This document shows, piece by piece, positions 9,918 through 19,423 of a DNA stretch of 64,000 nt. A model generated the notes under the pieces. It did no database searches. It was not told where the DNA came from and saw nothing but the letters and a program-made list of their open reading frames with translations. The stretch comes from a virus (lineage: Duplodnaviria > Caudoviricetes): positions 31,390 through 95,389 of the IMG/VR virus record IMGVR_UViG_2930248008_000005; one strand, 5' to 3'. The translations under genes were made by a program, and so were the position numbers. Every line of letters begins with the position of its first letter. Within the stretch, counting starts at the first letter, position 1.

Positions 9918-10025
9918 TTGTGTCAGGGGTTGTATCAACCGGGCCGCCCCGGGGTGGAGCTGGTTTGTGTCACCCGTTGTGGCAACCAACAGGGAGGGAT
10001 CGGGTTTGTATCAAGGTTTGTGTCA
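9918..10025 (+). promoter_or_regulatory. Five TTGT(G/A)TCA direct repeats
   Basis: Copies at 9918, 9930, 9965, 10006 and 10018. Confidence 0.6.
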
Positions 10026-10030
10026 ACTTT

Positions 10031-10370
10031 GAAAACCTGGGTTGACAGACTGGCGTACCGCATCGTTTACTACTTGCGCCCCGGGCAACCGGGGCCGGTC
10101 GGATCTTTCGATTGGGCAGGCCGAAAACTCAGGTTGACAGCTAGCTCGAACGGGTGAGAGGATCGAATCCCCCGGGAAACCGGGGGCGGTCGGATCTTCC
10201 GATTGGGCAGGCTGAAAACTCAGGTTGACAGCTAGCTCGAACGGGTGAGAGGATCGAATCCCCCGGGAAACCGGGGGCGGTCGGATCTTCCGATTGGGCA
10301 GGCTGAAAACTCAGGTTGACAGCTAGCTCGAACGGGTGAGAGGATCGAATCCCCCGGGGAACCGGGGCGA
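10031..10370 (+). repeat. Three 91-bp tandem promoter units plus one diverged upstream unit
   Basis: TTGACA at 10042, 10134, 10225 and 10316. The three full units read TTGACA-N18-GAGGAT with an extended-10 TG. Confidence 0.9.
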
Positions 10371-10410
10371 CCCCCCTGGGGGAGCCGTTTCGGCGGTGAC
10401 CCTGGATGGT

Positions 10411-10440
10411 GTGTCGTTGTTTGTTGAGAACTCAAGAGCA
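10411..10440 (+). promoter_or_regulatory. rrn-leader-like boxA/CL2 antitermination motif
   Basis: GTGTCGTTGTTTGTTGAGAACTCAAGAGC resembles the actinobacterial rRNA leader motif TGTTGTTTGAGAACTCAA. Confidence 0.6.
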
Positions 10441-11340
10441 GTGGCTGCGTTCCCCGCTTTGCGACGGGGGAACTAGATTGCCAGAGCTGAACGGCCCGGG
10501 GTGCTATTGCCCGGGTGGAGACAGGGCCACCCCGTTAGGGGTGAGGGACCCTGTGGCCTGTTCAGACACCGTGACTAGGCACGTTGTGCTAGGCAACGTC
10601 ACGAACCATTCCCCCGGGGCGGAACCGGGGGAGCGACCGGCCGGTGAGATGGCGGGGTGCGTTAATGGGACCTTAGTAGGTGCATTATGCCGAACGGTAC
10701 TCCCTGTATCCCTATATCCGGCACGGCGCGCGGAAGATAGAACCTGCTACCCGGTTAGACCCGGCGCGCGTAATCGCGTGGGATGGCTATCAACGTATGG
10801 GATAGATGACGGATCAAGAGACACGCACACGTAACGGCGGATACCGAACAATCAGAACGGCGCGGGTAACCGTGCGCGGGATTGTTTCGGGCGTGGAAGC
10901 CATGGCTGCAACGTTACCGGTCGGGGGGAGTGAATGATGGGGGGAATTATACCCCGGTGGAGGCATGCGCAATTGCCATAGACGATTGCGGGATAATGCT
11001 GAAACACAAGTCGCACGGATTAATCCACGTAATAGGATTGTCTCTTCAGTGAACAAATCCGCTTAGCATGCGGGAGCATTCAAAGACAGTACCGGAGTCT
11101 GTCGGACTATCCATCCGACGGGCAAAGGCTGGCACGAGCGTGAACGCATGCGGCGCGGGCGCAAGTCTGTCCGCCACCCGGGCCGTGTCTTCCTGGCACG
11201 GATTCCCCCGGGTGGCGTACGGGATAAATCTGATCCCACCCGGGACCGTTGCCAACCTGGCACGGTCCCGGGTGGCGTTCGGTACGCGATTTGTGGAGAC
11301 GGTGCCGGGTGGTCTGGCTCAATCGGCCATCCGGCACCGT
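10441..11340 (+). ncRNA. Candidate large structured non-coding RNA/leader (~900 nt)
   Basis: No credible ORF, lower GC than flanks, many nested hairpins and long-range complementarity; downstream of the tandem promoters. Confidence 0.55.
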
Positions 11341-11376
11341 GCCTATACCTCACGTAACGAACACAAGGGGTGCATC

Positions 11377-11754
11377 ATGCGCGCTGACATCCTCAAGCCG
11401 GGCCTGGTAATCGACGGCGTCCGGATTCGGTCCCGGGTTCCGTTCGTGCAGAACCGGGCCAAGATGATCCGCGTGGTCATGGAAGACAGGACCACGCGCA
11501 CCTTTCTGGCCTCCGCCGAAGTGACGGTCGGTGGGCCGCGTCAGGAGTGGTTCCCGGCCGGTCCGGTCCGGGAGAAGGATCACCGCAGCCCGCAGCCGAA
11601 CCGGAAGCCTCGCGCGTCCGACGGCCGGTGGGAGGGCGAGTCGGGCGGGTTCCACGTGACCATGGTCAGCCGGATCTCCGCGTACGACCTGACCGGGCGG
11701 CAGCTTGCCCGGTCCGCGCAGGGTCCGTCCGGTCGCCGCTACAGCAGGCGCTGA
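11377..11754 (+). CDS. Hypothetical protein, first gene of the array
   Basis: AAGGGG RBS; stop is part of a type A repeat. Confidence 0.7.
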   Translation: MRADILKPGLVIDGVRIRSRVPFVQNRAKMIRVVMEDRTTRTFLASAEVTVGGPRQEWFPAGPVREKDHRSPQPNRKPRASDGRWEGESGGFHVTMVSRISAYDLTGRQLARSAQGPSGRRYSRR

Positions 11755-11841
11755 CCCTCCGTGCACCCCTGATGGTGTGCCGGCCCGCTCGCGGTCCGGT
11801 CGCCGTCACCTGCTGCACGGCAGGAGAATCGAGGGATCATC

Positions 11842-12234
11842 ATGCGCGGAATCGGTCAGCACATGCTTCCGGCGGCGACTCAGCCGGAGCCGGCCGACAA
11901 CACGAGCATGTACGTCTACGCCCAGGTGGAGGAGTGGCAGCGGAGCTGCCTGCCCGTACACCCGGAGATCGCCCGCGAGATCGCGGCGTGGTGGCACGCC
12001 CCCGCGCCGCACTACGCCGGCCTGACGGCGTTCGCCAGCACCGGGACCCTACTCCAGCGCGAGTGGGAGCCGGAGGACGAGCCGACCCGGGTCGAGCGCG
12101 AGCGGCCCGTGATCCTGGACGAGATCGACCGGGAGATCGGGACGGAGGACATGTACCGGCCGGAGATCACGCCGCTGTGGGCGCTGCGCCACTACGTGCA
12201 GAACGCCTGCCGCGCCGCCGGGTGGGCGTACTGA
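11842..12234 (+). CDS. Hypothetical cassette protein
   Basis: Bounded by type A repeats. Confidence 0.75.
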   Translation: MRGIGQHMLPAATQPEPADNTSMYVYAQVEEWQRSCLPVHPEIAREIAAWWHAPAPHYAGLTAFASTGTLLQREWEPEDEPTRVERERPVILDEIDREIGTEDMYRPEITPLWALRHYVQNACRAAGWAY

Positions 12235-12341
12235 CCGTGTGCTGACGGTGGGGCACCGTGCCCCGGTCGCGAACGATGCGGCCGGCCGGACCGGTGCCAC
12301 CGCCACCTGCCGCACGGGCAGGAGACTGGCGAGGTGAAAAC

Positions 12342-12710
12342 ATGGGCGCTCGGACCATCACCGAGGAGACCATCGGCGGCCTGTTCAACGAGGGCAAGCT
12401 GACCCCCCTGGAGTTCGGCCTGCGGTGGGTGGAGGTGCGCCAGTACGGCGACTGCCACCCGTCGGAACTGACCCCCTGCAAGCACGACGACGAGACCAAC
12501 ACGGTCACCGTGTCGGTCTACCACGTCTACGGGGAGCAGCGGCTCGGCCAGCCCTGGTCGGAGTACACCTGCCCGAACGTCTGGGCTACGGGTGGCGACG
12601 TCGAGGGCATCGGCGGCGAGTACGTGAACGGTGGCACGTTCAGCTACCTGGGCGACGACCGGGAGCTGTGCGACCGGATCTACCGGCGGGCGGCCGAGGT
12701 CGCGGACTGA
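12342..12710 (+). CDS. Hypothetical cassette protein
   Basis: Bounded by type A repeats; GAGGTG RBS. Confidence 0.75.
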   Translation: MGARTITEETIGGLFNEGKLTPLEFGLRWVEVRQYGDCHPSELTPCKHDDETNTVTVSVYHVYGEQRLGQPWSEYTCPNVWATGGDVEGIGGEYVNGGTFSYLGDDRELCDRIYRRAAEVAD

Positions 12711-12789
12711 CCGTGCGAGTGATGGTGGGAGCCGGGCGCGCCCCGGCTCTCCGCCACCGTCGCATGGCGGAGAAAGCGAGGGACGAGTC

Positions 12790-13158
12790 ATGTCCGTCAC
12801 GATCAACCTGTCCGACATCCTCTGCGTCACCTGCGGGCAGTCGCCAGAGGAGGGCGCGCCGCGCAAGATTGGCGAGTGGGACGATGCCGGGCACACCGAC
12901 AGCGCCCACCACCCGGCCTGGTCCCAGCGGTCGTTCCCGGGCAGCATCTGGGCCGCGCACCCGCAGCAGGCGCTGTGGTACGGGGAGGTCGTCGTGGCCA
13001 AGCCGGGCGAGGACACCGACTACTTCTACGGCTACGCGGACTGCGAGTACGAGCCGTCCGTGGACGAGCTGGTGCCAGCCGGGTGGGAGGTCCTGGAGTC
13101 CAAGGTCAAGCCCACCCCGAATAACCCGGCCTGGGAGCCGGAGCCGGAGCAGGACTGA
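12790..13158 (+). CDS. Hypothetical cassette protein
   Basis: Bounded by type A repeats. Confidence 0.75.
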   Translation: MSVTINLSDILCVTCGQSPEEGAPRKIGEWDDAGHTDSAHHPAWSQRSFPGSIWAAHPQQALWYGEVVVAKPGEDTDYFYGYADCEYEPSVDELVPAGWEVLESKVKPTPNNPAWEPEPEQD

Positions 13159-13237
13159 CCGTGCATCGATGGTGGGGCACCGACTGCGCGTCGGTGCCGC
13201 CGCCACCCGTGCATGGCGGGAGGAAGTGAGGGCAATC

Positions 13238-13420
13238 ATGCCCGACGGCAACCTGTACGACGCGCTGAAGGCCATCGAGCGGTGCGACCCGGACGGCGGG
13301 GAGCGTCAGCCCACCGAGGCGGACTATGTCGCACACGAGCGGTGGGCCGTCCAGACGTTCGGGCAGAGCGTCTGGGACACGTACCGGCGGGGCGGCTGGG
13401 GCGAACCCAGCTACGCCTGA
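13238..13420 (+). CDS. Small hypothetical cassette protein
   Basis: Bounded by type A repeats. Confidence 0.7.
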   Translation: MPDGNLYDALKAIERCDPDGGERQPTEADYVAHERWAVQTFGQSVWDTYRRGGWGEPSYA

Positions 13421-13498
13421 CCGTGCGGGTGATGGTGCGGCATCGGGTGTGCCCGGTGCCGTGCCACCGTCGCATGGCGGAGAGACGAGGTGGAGACC

Positions 13499-14068
13499 AT
13501 GGGTGGCAAGCTGCACGAGAACCCGCACGTCGAGCGGGTGCTGGTCGCGCTGGACACGGCGCGCCGGGAGGCGAACCTGGCGGGTCATCCGTACGACATC
13601 GGGTTCACTGGTGTGGACGAGCCGTACGGGATGATCGAGCGGGCGCTGAAGCGCACGCTGACCCACGCCTTCCCGGACGTGGACGCGGACGCGGTCTACC
13701 ACGCGCTGATCGACTCCGGCGAGGACATCGGGTACTGCGTGGACGCGCTGCGCCGGGAGAAGGCGGACCGGGCCAAGCTGCTCGACCCCTACCGGGAGTA
13801 CGAGCGGCCGGCGGAGTCCGGGCGCTACGGCGCGCGGATGTGGGAGCTGCCGAACGGGTGGGGCGTGTCCCTGGTGCCGTACGCCCGTCACGACGAGGAA
13901 GCGGAGCGGCACGCCATCGCGCGGGAGGACTTCGGGATGGCGATCGGGGCGTTCGTAGGCGGCGGGTTCGTGATCGACAACGAGCGGTCGGCGACCATCG
14001 CGCGGGTGGGCGGCCTGGACTTCGTCGAGACCATCCTGTCCGACACGATGGAGCTGCCGCCGCGCTGA
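13499..14068 (+). CDS. Hypothetical cassette protein
   Basis: Bounded by type A repeats. Confidence 0.75.
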   Translation: MGGKLHENPHVERVLVALDTARREANLAGHPYDIGFTGVDEPYGMIERALKRTLTHAFPDVDADAVYHALIDSGEDIGYCVDALRREKADRAKLLDPYREYERPAESGRYGARMWELPNGWGVSLVPYARHDEEAERHAIAREDFGMAIGAFVGGGFVIDNERSATIARVGGLDFVETILSDTMELPPR

Positions 14069-14147
14069 CCGCGTGTGGATGGTGCTGGCCGGGCGAGAGT
14101 CCGGCCGGTGCCACCTGCCGCGCGGGCAGGAGATTGGCGAGGTTGAC

Positions 14148-14573
14148 ATGACCACGACGACGGCCGTCAGGCACTGGCACGTGGCAACGGGCCTGGTGGG
14201 CTACGGCCCGGACGGGGCGGACGGGTACGGCACGGCGATCGAGCTGACCGACGTGGCGGACCTGATCCGCGACGAGCTGCGGCAGGCTGCCGACTCCGAG
14301 GACGAGGGGTCCCGGAGCGAGGCCGAAGCCGCGGACTTCTCGGAGGCGTGGAAGCTCAAGACGCGCGCCGAGCACCTGTCGATCCTGGCGGAGACGTTCA
14401 GCAACGACCGGGCCAACGCGCCGCTGTACGCCGGAAAGCCGGAGATGTGGGCGGACACGATCGAGACACTGATCCGGCAGCACTTCCCGCTGGACATCAG
14501 CGACCGCTCCCGGTTGTACGTGTGGCCGTGTGCGGAGCCGGGCTGCGAGCACCTGGCCGACCTGGAGCGGTGA
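14148..14573 (+). CDS. Hypothetical cassette protein
   Basis: Bounded by type A repeats. Confidence 0.75.
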   Translation: MTTTTAVRHWHVATGLVGYGPDGADGYGTAIELTDVADLIRDELRQAADSEDEGSRSEAEAADFSEAWKLKTRAEHLSILAETFSNDRANAPLYAGKPEMWADTIETLIRQHFPLDISDRSRLYVWPCAEPGCEHLADLER

Positions 14574-14663
14574 CCTTCGGCGTGCGCTGACGGTGCCGGC
14601 CGGACCGACGCGGTCCGGCCGGTCGCCGCCCGCTACACGGCGGGAGATTGACGAGGTCACCCG

Positions 14664-15044
14664 GTGAACATCGCCGAGACGAGGGAAGAGATCCGCGCGC
14701 AGGTCGCGGAGCACCTGACCATGTGGGCGGGCAAGTGCATGTCGATCGAGGTCGGGGGGCTGTCCCTCGAACTCGCGCCGAGGGTTGGCGGACACATCGA
14801 GATCAGCCGCTTCGTGGTGCCGCGCGCCATGCGCGGCGAGGGGGTCGGCACGGCCGTCATGTGGTCCGTGGCGGCCTGGGCGGACCGGATGGGGTACACC
14901 CTGACCCTGACGCCGTCGAAGGGCTTCGGCGCGACCTCCGTGGCGCGCCTGGAGAAGTTCTACGGGCGGCACGGGTTCATCAGGAACCGGGGCCGGTACG
15001 CGGATCTCACGATCAGTGAGGCCATGCGCCGCGTGCCGCGCTGA
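14664..15044 (+). CDS. GNAT-family acetyltransferase
   Basis: VVPRAMRGEGVGT acetyl-CoA motif and LEKFYGRHGF. Confidence 0.85.
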   Translation: MNIAETREEIRAQVAEHLTMWAGKCMSIEVGGLSLELAPRVGGHIEISRFVVPRAMRGEGVGTAVMWSVAAWADRMGYTLTLTPSKGFGATSVARLEKFYGRHGFIRNRGRYADLTISEAMRRVPR

Positions 15045-15123
15045 CCGTGCGCACCTGGTGCGGGCCGGGCGGAAGTCCGGCCCGTGCCACCTGCCGCGCG
15101 GCAGGAGATTGGCGAAGATCATC

Positions 15124-15489
15124 ATGTGTGAGCAGGACATCGTCGACGCCTTCAACAAGGTCGCGGACAATTACCCAGGCGGGGAGCTGTACCGGCGGCT
15201 GACCGAGGCGTCGCGCAGGGCCGTGCTGGAGGGCATGGCCACCGGCTTGACGCTGGACGACTACCGGAAGGCGAAGGAGGGGCGCGGCGACCTCCGGGAG
15301 TACGCCGACGTGGTTGGCATCTACGTCCGGGACGAGCTGCGCGAGTACATCGACGAGGTGCTGCCAGCCAACGCGCTGCGGGACATCCTGTTGAAGCTGC
15401 TCGACCTGGATGACCGGAGCGTGTCGCTGGCGCTCGGGCAGCACTACCTGCCGGACCCCGACGACATCGACGCCGGGGCGCTGGTCTGA
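15124..15489 (+). CDS. Hypothetical cassette protein
   Basis: Bounded by type A repeats. Confidence 0.7.
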   Translation: MCEQDIVDAFNKVADNYPGGELYRRLTEASRRAVLEGMATGLTLDDYRKAKEGRGDLREYADVVGIYVRDELREYIDEVLPANALRDILLKLLDLDDRSVSLALGQHYLPDPDDIDAGALV

Positions 15490-15570
15490 CCGTGCGCACC
15501 TGGCGCGGGCCGGGCTATCGTCCGGCCCGTCGCCACCTGCCGCGCGGGCAGGGATTGACGAGGGAGGGCC

Positions 15571-15702
15571 ATGTTTCCAGGAGCGTATGCCTCGGTGGAA
15601 CGCAACGAGGCTGGGGAGCCGATCGGGTGGGACTACCCGTCCTACGACGAGCCATACGACCCGGACGACTACCTACCGCAGGACGACGAGGACGAGGACT
15701 GA
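15571..15702 (+). CDS. 43-aa acidic microprotein
   Basis: MFPGAYASVERNEAGEPIGWDYPSYDEPYDPDDYLPQDDEDED; exactly fills the gap between two repeats; GGAGG RBS. Confidence 0.7.
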   Translation: MFPGAYASVERNEAGEPIGWDYPSYDEPYDPDDYLPQDDEDED

Positions 15703-15779
15703 CCGTGCGCCGATGATCCTGGCCGGGCTGCTGTCCGGCCGGGGTCACCGCTGCATGGCGGAGAGAGTGAGGAACGGAC

Positions 15780-16346
15780 ATGCACATCACGTCGCGTGAC
15801 TTGACGAACCTGATCGAGGACGTGAGCCGTGGGAAGCTGACGCCGGCCGAGGGGCATCGGGGGTCGAGCTGGGCGTACCGCGAGGTGATCGACCTGGCGA
15901 ACTCGGTCCTGACGGGCGCGCCGATCGGTGCGGTCGTCATCGACTACGAGCGACGGCACCTGATCGACGGGCGCGAGCGACTGATGACGCTCGCCGCCAT
16001 GTTCCTGCCGGCCGACGAGCGCCCGGCAATGCCCGTGGACGGCAGCGCGCCGCACCTGGTGGTGCGCGGGCTCGCCGAGGGTGACGGGTTCGAGGTGCTC
16101 ATGGTGCGGGAGGAAGACCGGGAGCCGGCCGACCTGCCGCTATCCTGCCTGCTGCGCACGAGGCGGTTCCTCGCGTGGGAGCGGGCCGTAGACGGCGCGC
16201 ACCCCGAGCAGGCGACAGGCATCAAGCGGCGCGGCGGGCGGCTCGCGCAGCGCCTGCACACGGCCAAGGTGGCCGTGATCGAGCTGGACGCCGAGGTGAG
16301 CCCGGACCGGGTCGCGCGGTTGGTGAACCGGCACCGGATCGGCTGA
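15780..16346 (+). CDS. DUF262 (GmrS/ParB-like) domain protein, divergent
   Basis: HR..SW...IDLANSVLTGAPIG...LIDGRERLMTL resembles the DUF262 QR..W / PIG / DGQQRL motifs. Confidence 0.65.
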   Translation: MHITSRDLTNLIEDVSRGKLTPAEGHRGSSWAYREVIDLANSVLTGAPIGAVVIDYERRHLIDGRERLMTLAAMFLPADERPAMPVDGSAPHLVVRGLAEGDGFEVLMVREEDREPADLPLSCLLRTRRFLAWERAVDGAHPEQATGIKRRGGRLAQRLHTAKVAVIELDAEVSPDRVARLVNRHRIG

Positions 16347-16423
16347 CCGTGCGCTGATGGTGCTCGCCCGGCTTCGGCCGGGCGGGTGCCACCGCCGCAC
16401 GGCGGAGGAAGTGAGGCGCTGAG

Positions 16424-16780
16424 ATGGCGCGGATTACCGACGAGATGGTCAGCGAGATGAACGACCGGATCGCGCAGGCCCCGACGACCGCGCAGGCGTT
16501 CCGGCTTGCGATGGGCGTCAGCGACAGGATGCTGTGGCTGCTGCTCGACCTGAACCACATCAACCAGGACGAGGTCGGGTTGGGCAGGGGTGGGCGCGAG
16601 GCACTCGCGGTGGAGGCGCACGGCTGGCACCTGTACTACCGGGACGACGACACGCCGGCTGACGGGTACGGTCCGTGCGAGCTGGGCGGGTTCGAGGCGC
16701 ACAGCCTGCGGCCGTGGGAGTGCCGGGGATGCAAGCGGCGCCCCATTGACCACCGGCGGGTGCCGGTGGCCGTGCGCTGA
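16424..16780 (+). CDS. Hypothetical cassette protein
   Basis: Bounded by repeats; stops at the internal TGA of the repeat. Confidence 0.7.
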   Translation: MARITDEMVSEMNDRIAQAPTTAQAFRLAMGVSDRMLWLLLDLNHINQDEVGLGRGGREALAVEAHGWHLYYRDDDTPADGYGPCELGGFEAHSLRPWECRGCKRRPIDHRRVPVAVR

Positions 16781-16846
16781 TGATCCTGGCCGGGCGCGAG
16801 TCCGGCCGGGGTCACCGCTGCATGGCGGAGGAAGTGAGGGCTGACC

Positions 16847-17137
16847 ATGCGGTACGTGATGGTGACCGCCACCGCTCTGGCAGCGATGCTGCCGGAGCAA
16901 TACGAGCAGTGCAAGAACGACGATCGGTGGACCCTGGTCACCTCGACCGAGGAGACGTGCGCCACGGTCGGGCGCCGCGAGAAGGTGACGCACGTGGTCA
17001 CCTGGGGTCCGCCGGACGGCAGGACCAGAGAGGGGTGCTGCGACGAGTGCGCCGGGTCCTACTCCCGACGGCCAGCGCTGGCCGCGCAGGTGCTCTGCAT
17101 CTGGGCGGGCTGGGGCTGCACGCACGCGCAGCTCTAA
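16847..17137 (+). CDS. Cys-rich hypothetical cassette protein
   Basis: Bounded by repeats. Confidence 0.7.
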   Translation: MRYVMVTATALAAMLPEQYEQCKNDDRWTLVTSTEETCATVGRREKVTHVVTWGPPDGRTREGCCDECAGSYSRRPALAAQVLCIWAGWGCTHAQL

Positions 17138-17216
17138 CCGTGTGCTGATAGTGGCGGCCGGGCCGAGGGTCCGGCCGCTGCCACCACCGCACGGGTGGAG
17201 AGAGGCAGGGCGGATC

Positions 17217-17813
17217 ATGCCGCGCACCATCACGACCACGCGCACCGTGTTCAAGTTCGAGGAGTTGAGCGAGGACGCGCAGCAGCGGGCGGTTGAGCGG
17301 ATCGCCGAGAAGATGGCGACGACCTGGTGGGACCAGCACGACAACGACGACATCGGCGCGACCATCGTCTACAAGATGGCCGAGAAGCTGCGCACGCGGG
17401 GCTGGGACACCTTCGGGGAGGGAGACTTCCCCGGAATCCCCGGGGTCGAGCTGGTCGAGTGGGACCTGGGGCGCGGGCAGGCGGTCAGCTTCAAGGGAGC
17501 GCTGGACCGTGAGAACGCCCCCGCGCTGCCCTGGGCCGATGGAGTCGAGGCCGTAACCCTCGGCGGCATCCCGGGCTACGGCATCGGCCAGTCCGTCTAC
17601 GTCGAGACAGACGGCGAGGCCGAGACCGACGAGGAGGTGGCGCGGGTCGGCGCGGCGGCGGAGGCGATGAAGAGCGCCGTCGAGGATGCCATCCACGCCG
17701 CCTGGCAGGCAGGCAAGGAGCAGGAGGAGTGGAAGGGCGGCGAGGAGCGCGCCCGCGACTGGATCGAGGCGAACGAGCCCGAGTTCGACGAGTCAGGCAA
17801 CCTCGACCACTGA
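17217..17813 (+). CDS. Conserved phage hypothetical protein
   Basis: TVFKFEELSEDAQQRA ... IEANEPEFDESG, a common phage early-protein pattern. Confidence 0.75.
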   Translation: MPRTITTTRTVFKFEELSEDAQQRAVERIAEKMATTWWDQHDNDDIGATIVYKMAEKLRTRGWDTFGEGDFPGIPGVELVEWDLGRGQAVSFKGALDRENAPALPWADGVEAVTLGGIPGYGIGQSVYVETDGEAETDEEVARVGAAAEAMKSAVEDAIHAAWQAGKEQEEWKGGEERARDWIEANEPEFDESGNLDH

Positions 17814-17893
17814 CCGTGCGCTGACGGTGGCCGCCGGGCCGATGGTCCGGCGGCTGCCACCTCCGCACGGGAGGGGAAAGCAGGGGTAGGCAC

Positions 17894-18223
17894 ATGATCA
17901 TCAACCTGGAGTCGCCGCAACGGCAGGCGTCGACCTACACGCCGGGCACCGTTCAGGACGCGGCAGAGCGCGAGCTGCGCATCATGCTGGAGGAGTTGCG
18001 CGACGAGGGCAAGGTCGAGCAGTACGGCCGGGAGCTGCGCCGGGCGGTGGTCTTCACGAGGGCCGGCAATGGTCCGACCTGCCTGGTGGTGTTCCTCATG
18101 GACTCCGACGGCGACCCGATGTCGGCGTTCGTGGACTACAGCGAGCGGCACGACGCCGCCATGCCGGTCCCGGAGCCGTACGTCCAGGAGCTGTACGACG
18201 CACTGCGCGCCTACGGGCGCTGA
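17894..18223 (+). CDS. Hypothetical cassette protein
   Basis: Bounded by repeats. Confidence 0.7.
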   Translation: MIINLESPQRQASTYTPGTVQDAAERELRIMLEELRDEGKVEQYGRELRRAVVFTRAGNGPTCLVVFLMDSDGDPMSAFVDYSERHDAAMPVPEPYVQELYDALRAYGR

Positions 18224-18303
18224 CCGCGCGCTGATGGTGGTGCACCGACCCCGGGTCGGTGCGCTGCCACCACCGCACGGGTGGAGAGAGGCAGGGCCGA
18301 CCA

Positions 18304-18549
18304 ATGGCCGACAGCGTGGAGAATTGCACGGAATGGGTCCGCAAGTGGGTGCTCAACGACCCCTCGGAGATCCTGTTCGAGGCGCAGCGACACGCCCGGC
18401 GCAGCCCGGAGGACCTGGAGGAGTTCATCGTCGGGGTGCTGCGCGCACCGAAGGAGGGTACGGCGGCGTGGTACACGCGCCGCGAGCTGTCCGACGTGGA
18501 GCTGGAGACCAGGATCGACTGGTCCGCGTTGGCCGACGACATCCTGTGA
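18304..18549 (+). CDS. Hypothetical cassette protein
   Basis: Bounded by repeats; W..ND / IDW..LA motif. Confidence 0.7.
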   Translation: MADSVENCTEWVRKWVLNDPSEILFEAQRHARRSPEDLEEFIVGVLRAPKEGTAAWYTRRELSDVELETRIDWSALADDIL

Positions 18550-18630
18550 CCACGCACTGATGGTGGCGCACCGCCCCCCGAGGTCGGTGCGCTGCCACCA
18601 CCGCGTGGTGGAGGGAGTGAGGGCAACATT

Positions 18631-19344
18631 ATGGGCCGCACCTTCGTCGAAATCGGCGAGGCGACTTACCGCGGACGGCACCCACTGCCGCACCAGTCGC
18701 GGCAGATCCGCCGCGACCTGCACGGGGAGGACATCCTCATGAACCCGGGCGCGGAGGCGCGCGGGTACCGACTCACGGCCGAGCAGATCGAGGACCGGCG
18801 ACAGGGCCGGACGCCTCGGGCCGAAGCGCCGTACGAGTTCCTGATCTACTTCCCGGGTCGGCCGTCGCTCAACTGGACGGCGTTCTACAGCCGGGCCGAG
18901 CTGGACGCCTGGCTGGACGCCTACGCGCTGACCCTGGACGGCGACCCGGAGCCCGGCGGGTATTTCGAGGTCCGCCTGCCGGCGACGGACGCCGACTGGC
19001 AGCCGGCGACCCTGGCGACGGCGTTCGAGACACTGGACGACCTGCGCCGGATGGGCGCGGCCATCCAGTGGAAGGGGACGCGGCACCTGGTCGGGCAGTG
19101 GAGCGCCACGCACGACGATGGCAAGCTGACCAGCGCCAGCGTCTGGAGCAAGACCGAGCGGCGGTGGTTGACGCTGGTCGAGCCGCGCGGCCTGCCGATC
19201 CCGGAGCATCAGCGGTGCGCGGCGACGCACCCGGACTTCCCAGAGATGCGCTGTGAGCGCCACGTACACCCCGACACCCCGAACTACCCGAACCACGTGA
19301 CCGAGCACCAGAACGGGCTCAACAAGTGGGAGTCCTGGCACTGA
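18631..19344 (+). CDS. Hypothetical cassette protein
   Basis: Bounded by repeats. Confidence 0.75.
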   Translation: MGRTFVEIGEATYRGRHPLPHQSRQIRRDLHGEDILMNPGAEARGYRLTAEQIEDRRQGRTPRAEAPYEFLIYFPGRPSLNWTAFYSRAELDAWLDAYALTLDGDPEPGGYFEVRLPATDADWQPATLATAFETLDDLRRMGAAIQWKGTRHLVGQWSATHDDGKLTSASVWSKTERRWLTLVEPRGLPIPEHQRCAATHPDFPEMRCERHVHPDTPNYPNHVTEHQNGLNKWESWH

Positions 19345-19423
19345 CCGTGTGCCGATGGTGGCGGCCGGGCTTGCGCCCGGCCGCGCGCCACCTGCCACAC
19401 GGGCAGGAGAAAGCGAGGCAGCG

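Noticed and set aside
10134-10147. TTGACAGCTAGCTC equals the start of synthetic Anderson promoters
   Set aside because: Only 14 nt match and the rest differs within a natural-looking context, so it is likely coincidence rather than contamination.
10441-11340. rRNA, tRNA or group I/II intron
   Set aside because: No recognisable 16S/23S signatures, cloverleaf or intron consensus ends were seen by eye.
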